Below are positions 40,601 through 53,136 of a stretch of DNA of 64,000 nt, in pieces. The first letter of the stretch is position 1, and each line of letters opens with the position of its first letter. Origin of the DNA: Trichosphaerium sp. ATCC 40318 (taxonomy: Eukaryota > Protista > Tubulinea); the NCBI GenBank assembly GCA_038496445.1, contig JALMLS010000340.1, positions 62,001 through 126,000 on the forward strand, given 5' to 3'. Both the position numbers and the translations under genes were made by a program. A model generated the notes under the pieces. The model had not been told where the DNA came from. It worked only from the letters and a program-made list of their open reading frames with translations, and did not search any database.

Positions 40601-41077
40601 CCGCTTTCATTATTTCCATCATTTCTAGTTTTTTACGCTTTGCTTCCTTTTTACGCGCAGCCGCGGATGTCTTTTTGATGTTAGGGCTATTTTACACAAT
40701 TGTACGTGAAATTTTAGGTAACATTTATCGTTTTGATTGTTTACGCACCTCATCTATTTCTTTAGGCTCTACTAGAAGGAAAAGACGTTCCAGAGTCACT
40801 GTAGTCGGTTTTGATCCTAATTATATTAATACGCGTTCTACATCCGCTGTTGTAAGCTACCTAGCTCTGTCCATGGTATAACTAGCTTGAATGACCCAAT
40901 AACACCACGTTTCAATGTTAATGGTAAATCTAGCGTGTCAAGTACATTATCATGTAATTCAATGTTATCTAGTTGTAATTCGCCACTAATAGAGAATTTT
41001 ACAGATTCTTCATCAAAACCCTTGGCATAGCTCTTTAAAAATGACCGTAAAACAGTCGTGGCTATTGACCTTATCAT
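28618..41077 (-). CDS. VPS13: VPS13 family bridge-like lipid transfer protein
   Basis: Chorein-N MIRSIATTVLRSFLKSY...LDLPLTLKRGVIGSFKLVIPW; IIQNLQIYVNDVHVRYED; LVLDLGHL; EPWKLDF; VAB-type repeats (YCPYWINNKSGLP, IPYHW); GLSLINDQPEELIYLSL; IFGSMDILGNPVNF; ATG2_C-like GFFKGVGKG. Many introns over 12.5 kb. Confidence 0.95.
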
Positions 41078-41475
41078 TCTTAAAGGCTAAATGCAACTAA
41101 ATGACACTCATGGTCCACCACGTAGGCTTTTCTGAATTTGGAAATTAAATCAAAACAGAACTAGTCACCTAATTTCAGAGTTTCAAAGTAGCACTTTTCA
41201 TTCAAGTTCCTTTAGAAAGACATTGCACTTAGCATCTTATTCTCTCAGTTGCACGACATTAGTACGATTTTGACGCGATATTTAGACAGTAATCAGAGTT
41301 GTGCAAACTAAGAACTTGAGTTTCTTTTCGAAGCCGCGGACAGTCCTCTTGAATCACTTCCTCATCAACGTGAATACATATTAATCACGTCTTGCTTGTA
41401 CTTTTATTAGGCAGTACTAGTGCTGTCCATGCCTTAACATAAAGGTATAAGCAACACCATTTCATACCCACACAA

Positions 41476-42104
41476 ATGGAGAAGAATTCTAGCTTAATAC
41501 CTCACACATGCGCTACATGCAATAGCGTAGAGCAGGAAGGAAAAAAACTGCTTAGATGTGGTAAATGCCGTACAACTTATTATTGTGATAAAAAGTGCCA
41601 AATAAGCGACTGGAAGAGTCATAAAATAAATTGTGTTGAAGCTACAACAAAGTCAAAGCCCCTCTCAAAAGCGTACGTGGATTTTCTACAACTAGTGCAT
41701 TTATCCCTGGGATCCGTCCAAGGGTATCAATGCATTTGTTATTCTTATTTTTTTACCCTCAGTGTCTAAAATTGGTCTTGTTTAGCCAAATACATGAATT
41801 ATGTGATAAAGTGGCTGATATCAAACTATGTGATCCTACAGATTGTCGTGAGTATGAAAAGAAGACACGTATGATTATGAGAATGTATAATGCCGCTTTG
41901 CCTAATCTAAGAGAATCTGAAAAAATGAAGCAAAAAAACAATGAGCCTTCATGGCTAGGTATGTACTAAATAATCGATTATTCGTTTCAAGTACTGAGTG
42001 ATTTAGATATGATTGTATTAGCAAAAATGGCAGAGTTGACAAAGTCATACAAAGGCACAACTTTTAATGAAGACATGTTGAGTAAATGTGCAAGAAAGCA
42101 ATAA
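41476..42104 (+). CDS. MYND-type zinc-finger protein
   Basis: CATCNS...LLRCGKCRTTYYCDKKCQISDWKSHKINC. Confidence 0.88.
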
Positions 42105-42175
42105 AATGATAGCTGTATAAATAGCACCAACATACTGACACGTTTTGGGTGACAAAACCATATGTAGCTATTTAT

Positions 42176-43423
42176 TTAGAAAGGTAAATCAGGATACACA
42201 TAGTTTGGTACAGACTCTTGTGAGTTTGTAATTACCAGAGCACCAGATATCCATTCTGGACGATAAACAAAATCATTTTCCATACGGACATGCTCATAAA
42301 AGAGCTTTTTATCTCCAAAGTTCGATCCAGTAACTTCAGAAGTAATAGTGAGAGTGGCAATAACCTCTGGTGTAGCAAAAGGAGAATTTTGAGCATAGAC
42401 ATCGTAGATCTTTCCTTTAGGGAGTGTCTCCAATTGTGTTGGCAAATCAACGCCTGGATCACTGTCTGGGTACTTGTAGTGTACGCTTAGCGCTGGATGG
42501 AAGATGAGTCTGTATGGGAAGTTTGGATTGGAGACTGGGTTTCCGCTTTGGTCTTGCTGTGCCCACGTGCTAAGACCAAGCATGTTAGGCCAAGCTGAAG
42601 CTTCTTCGAATTTTTTGAGGAAAGCTTGTTGCTGTGGTGTAGCAGCTGTACCAAGCATTGGTACATGGTTAGTGAGATCGTGTTTAAAGAAATTGTAGCT
42701 ATCTTGACCAGTCAAGGAGTACCTGAAAACAAAAATCAAACAAAGGAAGACAAAAAAAAACAAGACAATATTGGCCACTCAAAAATACCATACTACGCTG
42801 GTTTTTGTTTACGTACATTGCCATAACATTAACGGATGGTTTACCGTCAATTAAAACTTTAACGCTTATACCTGGAGAGAAATCTCCCGGTATAGGCTTT
42901 GCAGCAGTTGATAAACGGCATAAAACGTTATCAGCACCACTTTGGAAAATACCAGTGTAGTTATGGACGCCAGAAGGTTCCCATACACATTGACCAATAC
43001 CACCGACAGTGTGAATCAACTTATGCCTGTCAGTTTGCGAAGGACCTGAAACAAATAAGTATCACGTGATCATAATTTGTATTTGGCGTTTTGAGTCAAA
43101 TAATAACAAAAACACAAAAACCAGCAAGATGAGCTTTAGTAAGAGGTACCTTGCTTAGGTAGGTCGTCAGCGACGGTGTCAAAGGTAATATTCATAACCT
43201 CTGTGAATAATTCAGCCATTTGAGGACGAGAGAACCATGGCAGAGGTGTAGTATCAGCATTAAGGGTCTTCCAAAGAGTGCTCATTTTCGAATCAGCAGA
43301 TTGTTGTTCCCAAGTAGGACCACTGTACGGATCGGCCGCATTACTCTTCATATGAGCATAACCCATTGTGGAGGCTATACTACATACTACAATAATACAA
43401 GAAAGGGTGCGTGCACTTAGCAT
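42176..43423 (-). CDS. Secreted catalase-fold (catalase-related heme) protein
   Basis: Signal peptide; RHKLIHTVG (compare RxxHAKG, distal His); YTGIFQSG; CRLS; PGISVK; SVNVMAM|YS. Two introns. Confidence 0.68.
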
Positions 43424-44140
43424 TGTGTTAAAAACTGGCCTACATGGAATTCGTTTGAAGGTGACTTAACGAGCATCATATTAATAAAAACCCAAGAATA
43501 TTTCGACAATGTAACATGGTATTACTCAATATACCGATAAAATATGAATCTGAATTTCAACAATGTGGAGCGAGAAATTCTATAAACTTTTCAACGCTAG
43601 CGTATACCAAAACTGGTATGCGGCTAATCGCTAAAGAAATTTAATGGTCTCAAAGTTCAAATACGTGGTTTGAGCGAGATGAAAATTGTTACTATTGATC
43701 CGGGCAAACTATTTCCAACGCTAAGCAAGTATTCATGTAATGTACGCAAAACTATGCGGCTAAAGCTATGTAATAATTAAAGGTAAAAAAGCGCGTACAG
43801 GAGAATTTAATGGTACTCACTCTTACTTAAGGACAGTACGCAATGGTTTGAAATTAGAAAGGCTTCACGTATTGATTCTCCGACCAAGCCTTGCCATATT
43901 GGCCCTCGATGAAACTAAGACTGATTTCGAAAGGCAAATGAAACTAGCCCTATTAGGGAAAGACTTTGCTAAACTTAAAGCTTCGTTGTATTGATTTAAA
44001 CGTAAAGAATAAAAACAAGTTTCGTTCTCTGTCACACGTGATACAGATATTCAGTCCTACAATGTGTTTCTAACGCTACTACAATGTCACTTGCGTGTAT
44101 GGCGTTTCTAACATCTTTATCAAATACAGACTCTTTATTT

Positions 44141-45115
44141 TTACTCACATACAATACGAGATGAGAAAAGAAACATATTCCCAACAAGTTTATTACAGTC
44201 ACCATCAGTAAAAGTATTATACTTTATATAAGCATTCAATCCAATAATCTTACCCTTACGAGATTCAGGAGACTCTGATGATGATGACGATGGCTCACCA
44301 TCGTTGATAACGACAACAAAAGGGAAATCATTTAGTACTGCTTCTCCACCCTTTTTTTTGACATGAGCAATCTGCTTCGCTTGATCATTTACTGAACCAA
44401 GAGCAAGATAATTGATATTAGTTATCTCTTCCACGCCTTGTAGAATAAAATGATCTGGTTCATCCTTGTTAAACGATTCATACTGACTACAATACAACTG
44501 TGTCCCTACAGAGTTGTTTTGTTCTTTGTTAGGTATGATAGGCATATAAGACTCTGTCCATTCTCCTTTTGGCGTCTCAACGAAGGAACAGCCTGTAAAC
44601 ACTGCCGAGATAACGCCTACGCCCTTATCCACGTTTTTGCGCAGGTAGTCTCCGAGTTCTTTGCCCTCTTGGCGTCCATATCCGAAATCTGAATCTACGA
44701 GAATAGCATCGTACTGGTTGGTTGGCATCCCAACTTCTTCATCTGACGAATTGAAATAGTCGCAATTGATGCCTAGGTCTTGCATTGGTTTCGTAAGGTT
44801 ATTTACAGCGCGATTATTAATGTATAAGTACTTTCCGGCCTATTTTAGTTAAACTGACATAAACCTGCCGTAAATCAACTAACGTACAATTAAACGCTTA
44901 CATAGCGTAAAGTATGGTCGTTTAAGCTGTAGTTTTCGTATGCTCTCCTCAGAAAATGCAACTGGGTAATGAAACGCTAATAACTTCTTCCAGAGGCAAC
45001 GAGAATGTGTAACAAGATTATTAAATAACCACGACACACGTTGTAATGTATTAACCTCAGAACTATCTGCAGAGTCAATAATACATTGCCATATCTCTGG
45101 TGGTACACTTGTCAT
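44141..45115 (-). CDS. F-box protein with C-terminal alpha/beta (class-I GATase/ThuA-like) domain
   Basis: MTSVPPEIWQCII...LQRVSWLFNNL...LWKKL (F-box); YDAILV...LGDYLRKNVDKGVGVISAVF...DHFILQGV...GKIIGLN. Confidence 0.72.
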
Positions 45116-45390
45116 TGAACGCCGAAAAAAATAAAGGAAACCGTTCAACAAAAAAAAAGACCAGAAAAACACAGATTGACTATTTATCACTGGTACTTCA
45201 CTGAACACATTTCAAGGTCAAGTGTTGCGTGGTCTACAAAAGAGTAGTGTTCCATTATGACTAGTTCTTGAGAAAACACTCGACCTGGTGCCTGTCACGC
45301 AAAGAAGAAGTATGGTAAAAGTTGCAAAAACAAAAACCAAAATAAGTTGAAAGTAAGCTGTGTTGAATAGTAACATTATAAAGCGCTTGC

Positions 45391-48300
45391 TCATTCATCA
45401 TCATGAGATAGCAACTCGGAAGTAGTGCTAACACTAAGTCCTCTTCCTGTAGCTTCAAGTTCTACTTGGTTATCATCCTCAACAGCGATATCATCAACAC
45501 CTCCATATTCCTTAAAAAACACGTTAGCAGATGTAAACATAAGAAACAAAAATAAAGTACGCACCTTGTTTTTGCTCGATCGCATCTTTCTAACAATCAA
45601 AACAACAAAGATAACCACCAGAGATAATACAAGAACACCAGCTGCACCTCCTAGTACACCATAGATGAGCACAAGCTCATCAGAGGCCCCAGTATCGATG
45701 CTGTTAGTTCCATTTACTGGAATGTCTGTAGCACCTCCGTTTGGTTCCCCTCCAGTTCCCATGGAAGGAACGAAGTCTTCAGGGTCAACGTCCTGTTTAA
45801 CGAGTAAAGCCCTTTCCAAAGACATGTGAGCATCAGAGAAAGAATCTCCATCAACTGGAGCGACTCTTATATCAACAAAAACCCTTGCAACCTCTGCGTT
45901 AAATGATTCCGGCATACCAAGCCAATCAGCAATTATAAACGAAAATTGAAATCTTGTAGTGTTGCTATCTACCTCTGGTTCTAAGAACTGCAATTGAGCT
46001 GATTCACCATGTTGTGTTAAACCAAGAGAGGCATTCAACAACAATGCTAGATAGAGATAACGTGAGATAAAGACATAGACATAGAAAACTAAAAAAAACA
46101 TGTGTTGTAAAGTGTTTTCTTCAAAGTTGAGAACAGTGATTGAAAGGTGAGACTTTGGAATCAAGTACTTTTTGAATGTTTTACACTTTTCGAAAATAGG
46201 ATTTAAAAAAGTACTAACGTGTTATAAGATCTTCTACTGAACCACCATGAACAATGATAGCATGTATATAAAGAGTATGATCATGAAGACCCTCCATTTC
46301 AGCTATAATATCACAATAAACTACATCCTGCATTTTAAATTGGTCCTTCTCTTCTGGAGTAGTAGTACTATTACTGAAACTTTCACCGAACACTTTAAAA
46401 GTACCTGCAAATAAAAAAGTTAGCAAAAAAGTTTATCTGTTTCGCAGGTTCTCAATTGCTTGGAACAAGTTGCTATAAGCCTAGTATACGTACTCAGTGG
46501 TGAAACTGAATGATACATGAGAGGACAAGAATCATCCGAATTAAATATGACATTTAATTCTAAAGGTACAGCACGGTCTTCTAGTTCTACAACAGAAAAA
46601 ATTAGAACAAATTTTATATTGTTATGACGTACGTCCTGCAAAATGAAGGATTGCTTTGCGGTCGTTTATAACACAGCTCTTCATATCAATAGCTAATTTA
46701 ACATGCCATATCTGTTTACAAGTAATATTTTCTGTTGGTAAGCAGTTTTCTAGCAATTTAATGCTGCTGCCTTCATACTGTTCTTCAATTATTTCTGAAA
46801 AAAAAATCCAGTAAGCTTTTTGATAATATTAATAGATAACGGCATTTCTCCTCTCTCTTGTATTCCTACGTACTTGGTTTATACAAATACTTGTACATAG
46901 CAACATCTACTATTGTAGATATAAAGACATTCATAAAACCATCAGACTTTGTTGTATTAACAACACGTAAGCGTATGTCATCTGCATCTGTAAGATTTTT
47001 TGTAATATCAAATGATACAGTGACGACATTTTCTATGAATTCAATAGCACTCAATGTCAGATTATGTGCCACCGTAGTATTGTCATCTTCTGTCATGGTA
47101 TTTACTTGAATTGTACCTTCGTATAATCGCCTATGCTTCTACAAAGGATGAGTTAATAATACCAAACTCTGAACCAAAAAAAAAAGAAAATTACAGCATG
47201 TGTACATTTTCGTTCACAATGGTGAAGTCACAGTTATCTATTGTGGTTGACCAATCAGCTGTAAAGAGAAACTGATCAACACATCCAACACGATTATACT
47301 GCCACCTTGGACCAGGAAATTCGCAAAAAGTAGTAGGAATACCTGTCCCAGAAAAAAAGTTAACAACAATGAAAGAACTTTTTTTTTGTTCGCACTTGGT
47401 AGTTTTCCTCCTTCAACTCTGGTATTTCTGCTCTCGTGAGTGAATTTGATAGAGGCTGGAGAGATTCTCTCTTGAATAACAGGTATTGTAAACCCTGTGG
47501 ACAACAGACCAGTTGTACGATTGAATCTGCTTTGTGCTAGCTCTGGCTTGTTATTTTCAGCTTCTGATAAAGGTATTGTTGGAGCTGCACATTCAGCGAT
47601 GCACTCATTTTCCAAGTAAGTGTCTACTTCGTCCCAAGCAACAATTTGACAACCTGAGTCTGTACATAAGTATGCTTTATCAGTAGCTGTATCAGTAATT
47701 GAAGGGTGATCTGTGAGGTATACTCTAATGAATACTTGTCCAGTTAAGGTAAAACCAGCACCTTAAATAAAACGTAAGAGGAAAAAAGTGGAGCAACAAA
47801 AATAAAACAAGCTTTAATCTACGCACACTCCTCGATGGCTGATTCAAGTGACACCAAAGCACACCCATCACCATTTGTAGCAACAGGTGATTTTGCAATA
47901 CAAGAAGTCCTACAGCCTTTTATGAACTCCAAATTTAGCTTAGTATTCGCCAAATGTTGATACTTGGAATTTGCTGAAGATATGCAATACCTAAAAAACA
48001 GAAATGAGTTTCTTTGAAATTAATCATGTGGTGAGCTTACTGTATAATGCCACCTGTAGAAGGTCCAATGGTTACAACTGCCATTTTTTTCGCAGTTATT
48101 TCAGCAGAAAAGCCACCAATTGAACTATCATGCTCAGCTTTAGGCACCTGATTAAGCTGGTTCACAGCCCGCGGATTGTTTATATCCCAATCAATTGCTA
48201 ATGCATCAAAGCGCAAATGCGCTGATCTTATAGAGCATACAGATTCGTCTGTACCACAATGTTCTCCAGGATGGAATTCACCAAACTGACAATCTCCAAT

Positions 48301-51300
48301 CCACCTAAAAAAGTAACAGGTCAACGAGAGAAATAAACAACTAAGCAAGTAACACCAAACGTACGTTCTATCACATCTACCATCAACAACTTCATCTTCA
48401 TCAATGAACTGGTTACAACAAGCACCTAAAAGAACTTTTAGGACTCTATGATGTAATAAATAGTTACCCAAGCAATCAACGCTGGCACAGGTTTTTCCAC
48501 GAGTAAACACGCTTCTTAATTGTGTGTTTTCACCAATCTCATCGCACGCTGTCTTTGATTGCACATCGGTGCAACTTGGAGCCACCAAATCGGATACTTC
48601 TTTAACACAACAAGCACCTTCACCGTTGCATTTGATATCAAGGCAACTCTCTCCAGCGTGGAAGTAGGAATGAACAGCACCGCCATTGGCAGTAGCACAG
48701 GCTGATTTTGTCAAAGCGCTGTGACACTCTCTTGCGCCATCTTCGTCTTCTGATTCCATACAACAAGCGCCAGTTGCTATACCGTCCAGTTAATACCAAG
48801 TAAATAATGCCATAAATTGTTTTAACATACGCTCTGCACTCACAGATGGAGCTACTGGCTCAGCATCTGCGACAATAGTATGTAACTCTCCCGTTAATGG
48901 AACTTGACGACCAATATCATTAAATATTACAGCTTTTATGTCCATCGATCCAAGACTTGGTAACCATACCCAAGAATGATCTACAGTTACTTCCCAATTC
49001 TCAGGGATATCTAACATTATCATTAAATCGTCTAACACTTAGGGGTAAGCTCGTACCTCTAACACGAACTCTAAGAAGTGCTGGTGCTTGTCTTGGGTTC
49101 TTTAGGCTGAATGTAATGTAGATTGGTTCATGAGAAGATAATCCTGTGTTATCAAAAGTAACTAAAGAGAATAAATAAAAATAGGATAAATCTTTCTTAT
49201 GGACTTACAAATATTCTCGTGAGCCCAGTTATCCTCTGCGTCAGTTTCTCCTTGTCTGGATTCAATGACTACCTTAAGGCTTGTCTGATGTTCTCCATGC
49301 GGTTTCAAAAGTGGTGCGGTCTCTGCAGGTTCAGACACACGTCTGCTTGTTCCCCGTGGCATATCTGTATAATGGGAAGAATGTGCTACCCTGAAAAAAA
49401 ATAAATACGAAAAAAAAAAGTAAACAGGTATCATACCAATCGCTGTTATCTCCTACACCTGGTGGTGTATCTAATTACAGGATTAGTTAATATTAAATAT
49501 ATGCTAGTGTATATATTCAAACGTGCTTGTGTAATACGTCACTAGTACATTCTCAGCATCGACGTTTCCATCATTCTCAAAAAATGAATGAATACGGTTT
49601 CTATGATCAACCCATGGTTTATCTCCGTTGCCTGTAGGGTTACCTGTACCATCCTCAAGAGGTTGTGAGTATGTTTCAAACCCATTCTTTGCGCTATCAA
49701 CCCAAACATCATTGCTTTGGTACTTAGAATCCTAAATCGATAGTAAGCAACCCAAAAAGTTTGGTACTTTTTTTCGTACCCAATCACGCATTCTCAAGTT
49801 GAATATGCTATCCTGACCTGATACTGAACTATCCCATATAACACGAACAGTGAATAAAGCAGGGTGAGTATTGTCCCCTGTCTTAGGTGATTCTTGGCGA
49901 ACTACTTCAATGCGCAAGTTGTTTTTACGATCCTCAACAAAGTCACCTAAACAATACGATTTAACAAAGGTGTTATCTAGAGATATAAATATACAAACCT
50001 TCTTGTAATAGTTTATGAACATCATCATCACTTCCTTCAGGTTTTAAAGCTGAGATAACACGGAAGTTTTGGTTCAAATCATCAGTATGTTGTGTGAATA
50101 CTTTTGTCACAATAATACCACTACGATGCTCTGTAGGAGTAGCAGGATCGCCATCTATGTGGACATCAAAAAGTTGGTATCCTTTAGAAGAAAAATCCCA
50201 AGCGCTTTGAGCGTCACTAAGCATAGTCAAGTCAGTTTTTGAACTAACAGTCTACAATCACATGTCAATATTATGTTTTCCTCAGAAAAAAATTCAGTAA
50301 CTTACCAAAGCGTATGGTACATCAGTAGATCCTTGTCTACATTCTATGTAATAAACCTCGCTTGGATTTGCTTGAATCTTGATAAGATGAACATTATCTA
50401 TTGAAAACATAAGAGCTGGTGTAATAATAAACAAACATACCATCACTTGCGTCTTGGGTAAGTCCATGTGCTCTAACTTTGTATTCTGGTCGTGTTGAAT
50501 TGTAGCTTGTATTGTATTCAAGTGTTACAACATTTGAATCCGAATACCAACCCAAATACTCATGCATATTAACACCCTTACAGAAACGATAAGCAAATAA
50601 CTAACTCACTTTAACAAAGTACCGAAAATAATGGAGCTTTGTTGGCTTCTCCCATCATGTCTACTTCAGAAGCAGAACCTGATAACTTGGCTATGATTTT
50701 CTTAGTAAAGGCTTTGTATTAATACTACTTCGAACATACCAACGCTATATTGCTCTCCCGATAAAGCAGGATGACTTAGTACATGCGCACGTCTACCCCA
50801 ATGTGCAGTCCAATCAACATACCATAAGTTTGTGCTATGAAGAGCAATTGTATTGCGGGAGCTACGATCTTCTGTTACAAAGTCTTTAACGCCAAAACTG
50901 TGTCCTCTAGTATCACTAGTTGCTATATTAAGCATGACACCATCGTAATCGGTAAAGGTATGGTTCTCTACAACAAAGCATTAATGACTTTATTTCCTTT
51001 TGGATCCATACAACATACAAAGAAAGGAAAAAAAAAAAAGTACCTGATGCTGCTTTTAAAGCGTCATAGAGCAAATCATAGCCTCTTTTTGTTGTCCCTT
51101 TATTAACTGTAACTACCCCGACCACCTGTGTTGCTACTTCACGTTCAGATTGAGTACTATTCGGGTTCAAAAGAATGCTCTTGAAGGGTGTTAATGAAAC
51201 TTGATGTAAGTCAAGATAAACATGCCTGAGCATCGCTCATATCGGATTGTCGCCAGAAATAGTAATCATCATCTTCTGGCAAAGCATAGAAGTCTGTAAA

Positions 51301-52137
51301 GGTGAAAGTAGGATTATACTGATCATAAGACATTTGTTTAAGCAAGTCACGCGTCAAATCATTAAAAACTTTTGCTTGCAACTCTTTAGCCTCAGTTTCA
51401 CCTCCAGCTAAAACAAAGGACAAATCAATACGCTGAGTGTTATTGATGGTAAAAAGACGCACCACCTGATTCTCCCCACCATGCGCTTGCAGGGCCTCTA
51501 TCAGTACTGTAGCAGTTCAATACAAGGATCTATACAAGTGTTAAAGGCGTAGTAAGGGCTAAGTACGTTGGTGTGAATTGTCTTCTTTTCGGAGGAGATT
51601 GCCCTTTTGGAGATGTATGTACCAGGCGGTCCGACATGACCTGTATTTGTAATCAGTGGCGTCAACTAACGAGAAGAGTTTTTTGAGAGTTGTACCTACT
51701 ACGCCAATGTCGGGAACGTCATCTAACGACCCGTTGGCATATCTAAGGATTGGTTCCTCAGTGTAGAACACCTTGTTGTCATATTTAAACTCAAGCGGAG
51801 AAAGTTGTATTTTTTTAAATGGCGGTATACGAATCAAAAACGACTCGTCGTTGTTAATTTTCGCTACCAAAACCTCTTCATCACTATTGTTTGCATTAGT
51901 ACTTGTTCTGTGCCGAAAATAAATAATTGCGTTTTACCCAATCCACACGCGTGTGTTAGAGTACAATGGTGGCTCAAGTAGTACGTCTGAGTAGTTAACC
52001 GCGACGTTATAATCGTAGCTCACCTGAACCAGGCTGCCAGGGTAAACTACTGCTGGCTGTAACACAAGATCAAAGCATGTAGTTACAGCCAGTAAGGAAG
52101 CAAATAAGAAAATAACGCATTGGGTACTTGAGGTCAT
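45391..52137 (-). CDS. Large type-I membrane protein: signal peptide, M6/M11-like metallopeptidase-homology domain (HVLSH), Cys-rich GACC repeats, TM helix, short acidic tail
   Basis: MTSSTQCVIFLFASLLAVTTC; WGRRAHVLSH...DMMG...LGW; YYIECRQ; GIIVTKV; SNDVWVDS...GNGDKPWVDHRN; three GACC...C...C...F..G..C repeats (48240-48780); TM LVLIYGVLGGAAGVLVLSLVVIFVVLIV-RK. Confidence 0.75.
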
Positions 52138-53136
52138 TGCGAGAGTGAATACGCTTATTAGCGTTCACGTGAGTAGCGCGTTGTAATCGATTTGAGATAA
52201 AACAGCAAATTTCACCGTATTTCTTCAACACTAAATTCGCGAATACAAACAAGTTTCTGAATATGTCGTAGTTCATCTGAACGCCCATAAGAGCCACATT
52301 TATAGAACAGGCGTTCTTAAGGCGATGGTAAGCTTTGAAGCAAAAACACGTGAGTTTAAACTGCTTGTCAATGGGAAAGCTTTCGTACATAGAGCAACTG
52401 GGGAGCGTGTAAGAAGTTTGGAAACCGTTGAAACGTTTTAAGTGGTCGTGCTTAAAATTATGATTTCAGTTTTTTATTTGGTTCACAAACATCCATACAA
52501 GCGGTTGTGGTAGTTGTTCTGTCATATAACAATAAATAGCGCAGTACATTAAAATATGGAACCAAAGCAAGTTGAAGTTGATCCTACAGCGCAAGATTTC
52601 ACACTGCTGCTCCCCTATGAGGTTCACAGGATGCTGACTCGAACAAAAATTTTCCTGAATGTACAATAGGTTTGCAGCATTATCTACGAGTACCTACCGC
52701 TAGAGCAACTAGGTACGCACCACTCACTTTACTGGTTAAAAGCGTTAACAAAGTATAAGGCGTTTTACCTCGCGTATCGCAGTTGTGGAATAAAGTGTTG
52801 AACCGGGAAGGGTTATGGGTAAACAAAAGATCAAAGTGACATTTGCGACTCATTTTCCTCATAGATGAACCTATGCGTTCACTTGGGCATGGTAAAAAGG
52901 CTACCTCAGAAAAGCAGCAAATGGCGAGAATTATTCATTGGACGCTTTAAAATGTACCAGAAAATGTTTGAAATGAAGCTATCGAATAAGCGTACGCGTC
53001 GTGGAACATTAGAGATTTATTTTTGTCGTCTTTAAAGAGAGCCTCATCGATTTCAAGAAAATGCATTTTCGTCTTTTTTGTTTTTGACAAGATTGGCCTT
53101 GTAGTGTATTCTATAACTCTTTTAATAGATTTAAAT

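Noticed and set aside
43516-43993. Possible small spliced plus-strand gene (MVLLNIPIKY... LKASLY*)
   Set aside because: Splice-like signals exist, but I could not join the frames reliably and recognised no homology.
52466-52862. Short minus-strand ORFs between the surface-protein and SPRY genes
   Set aside because: No convincing spliced model or recognisable motif. A small gene cannot be excluded.
52885-52910. U5 loop-I-like GCCTTTTTAC on the minus strand
   Set aside because: It has five T rather than four, with no long flanking stem or Sm site.
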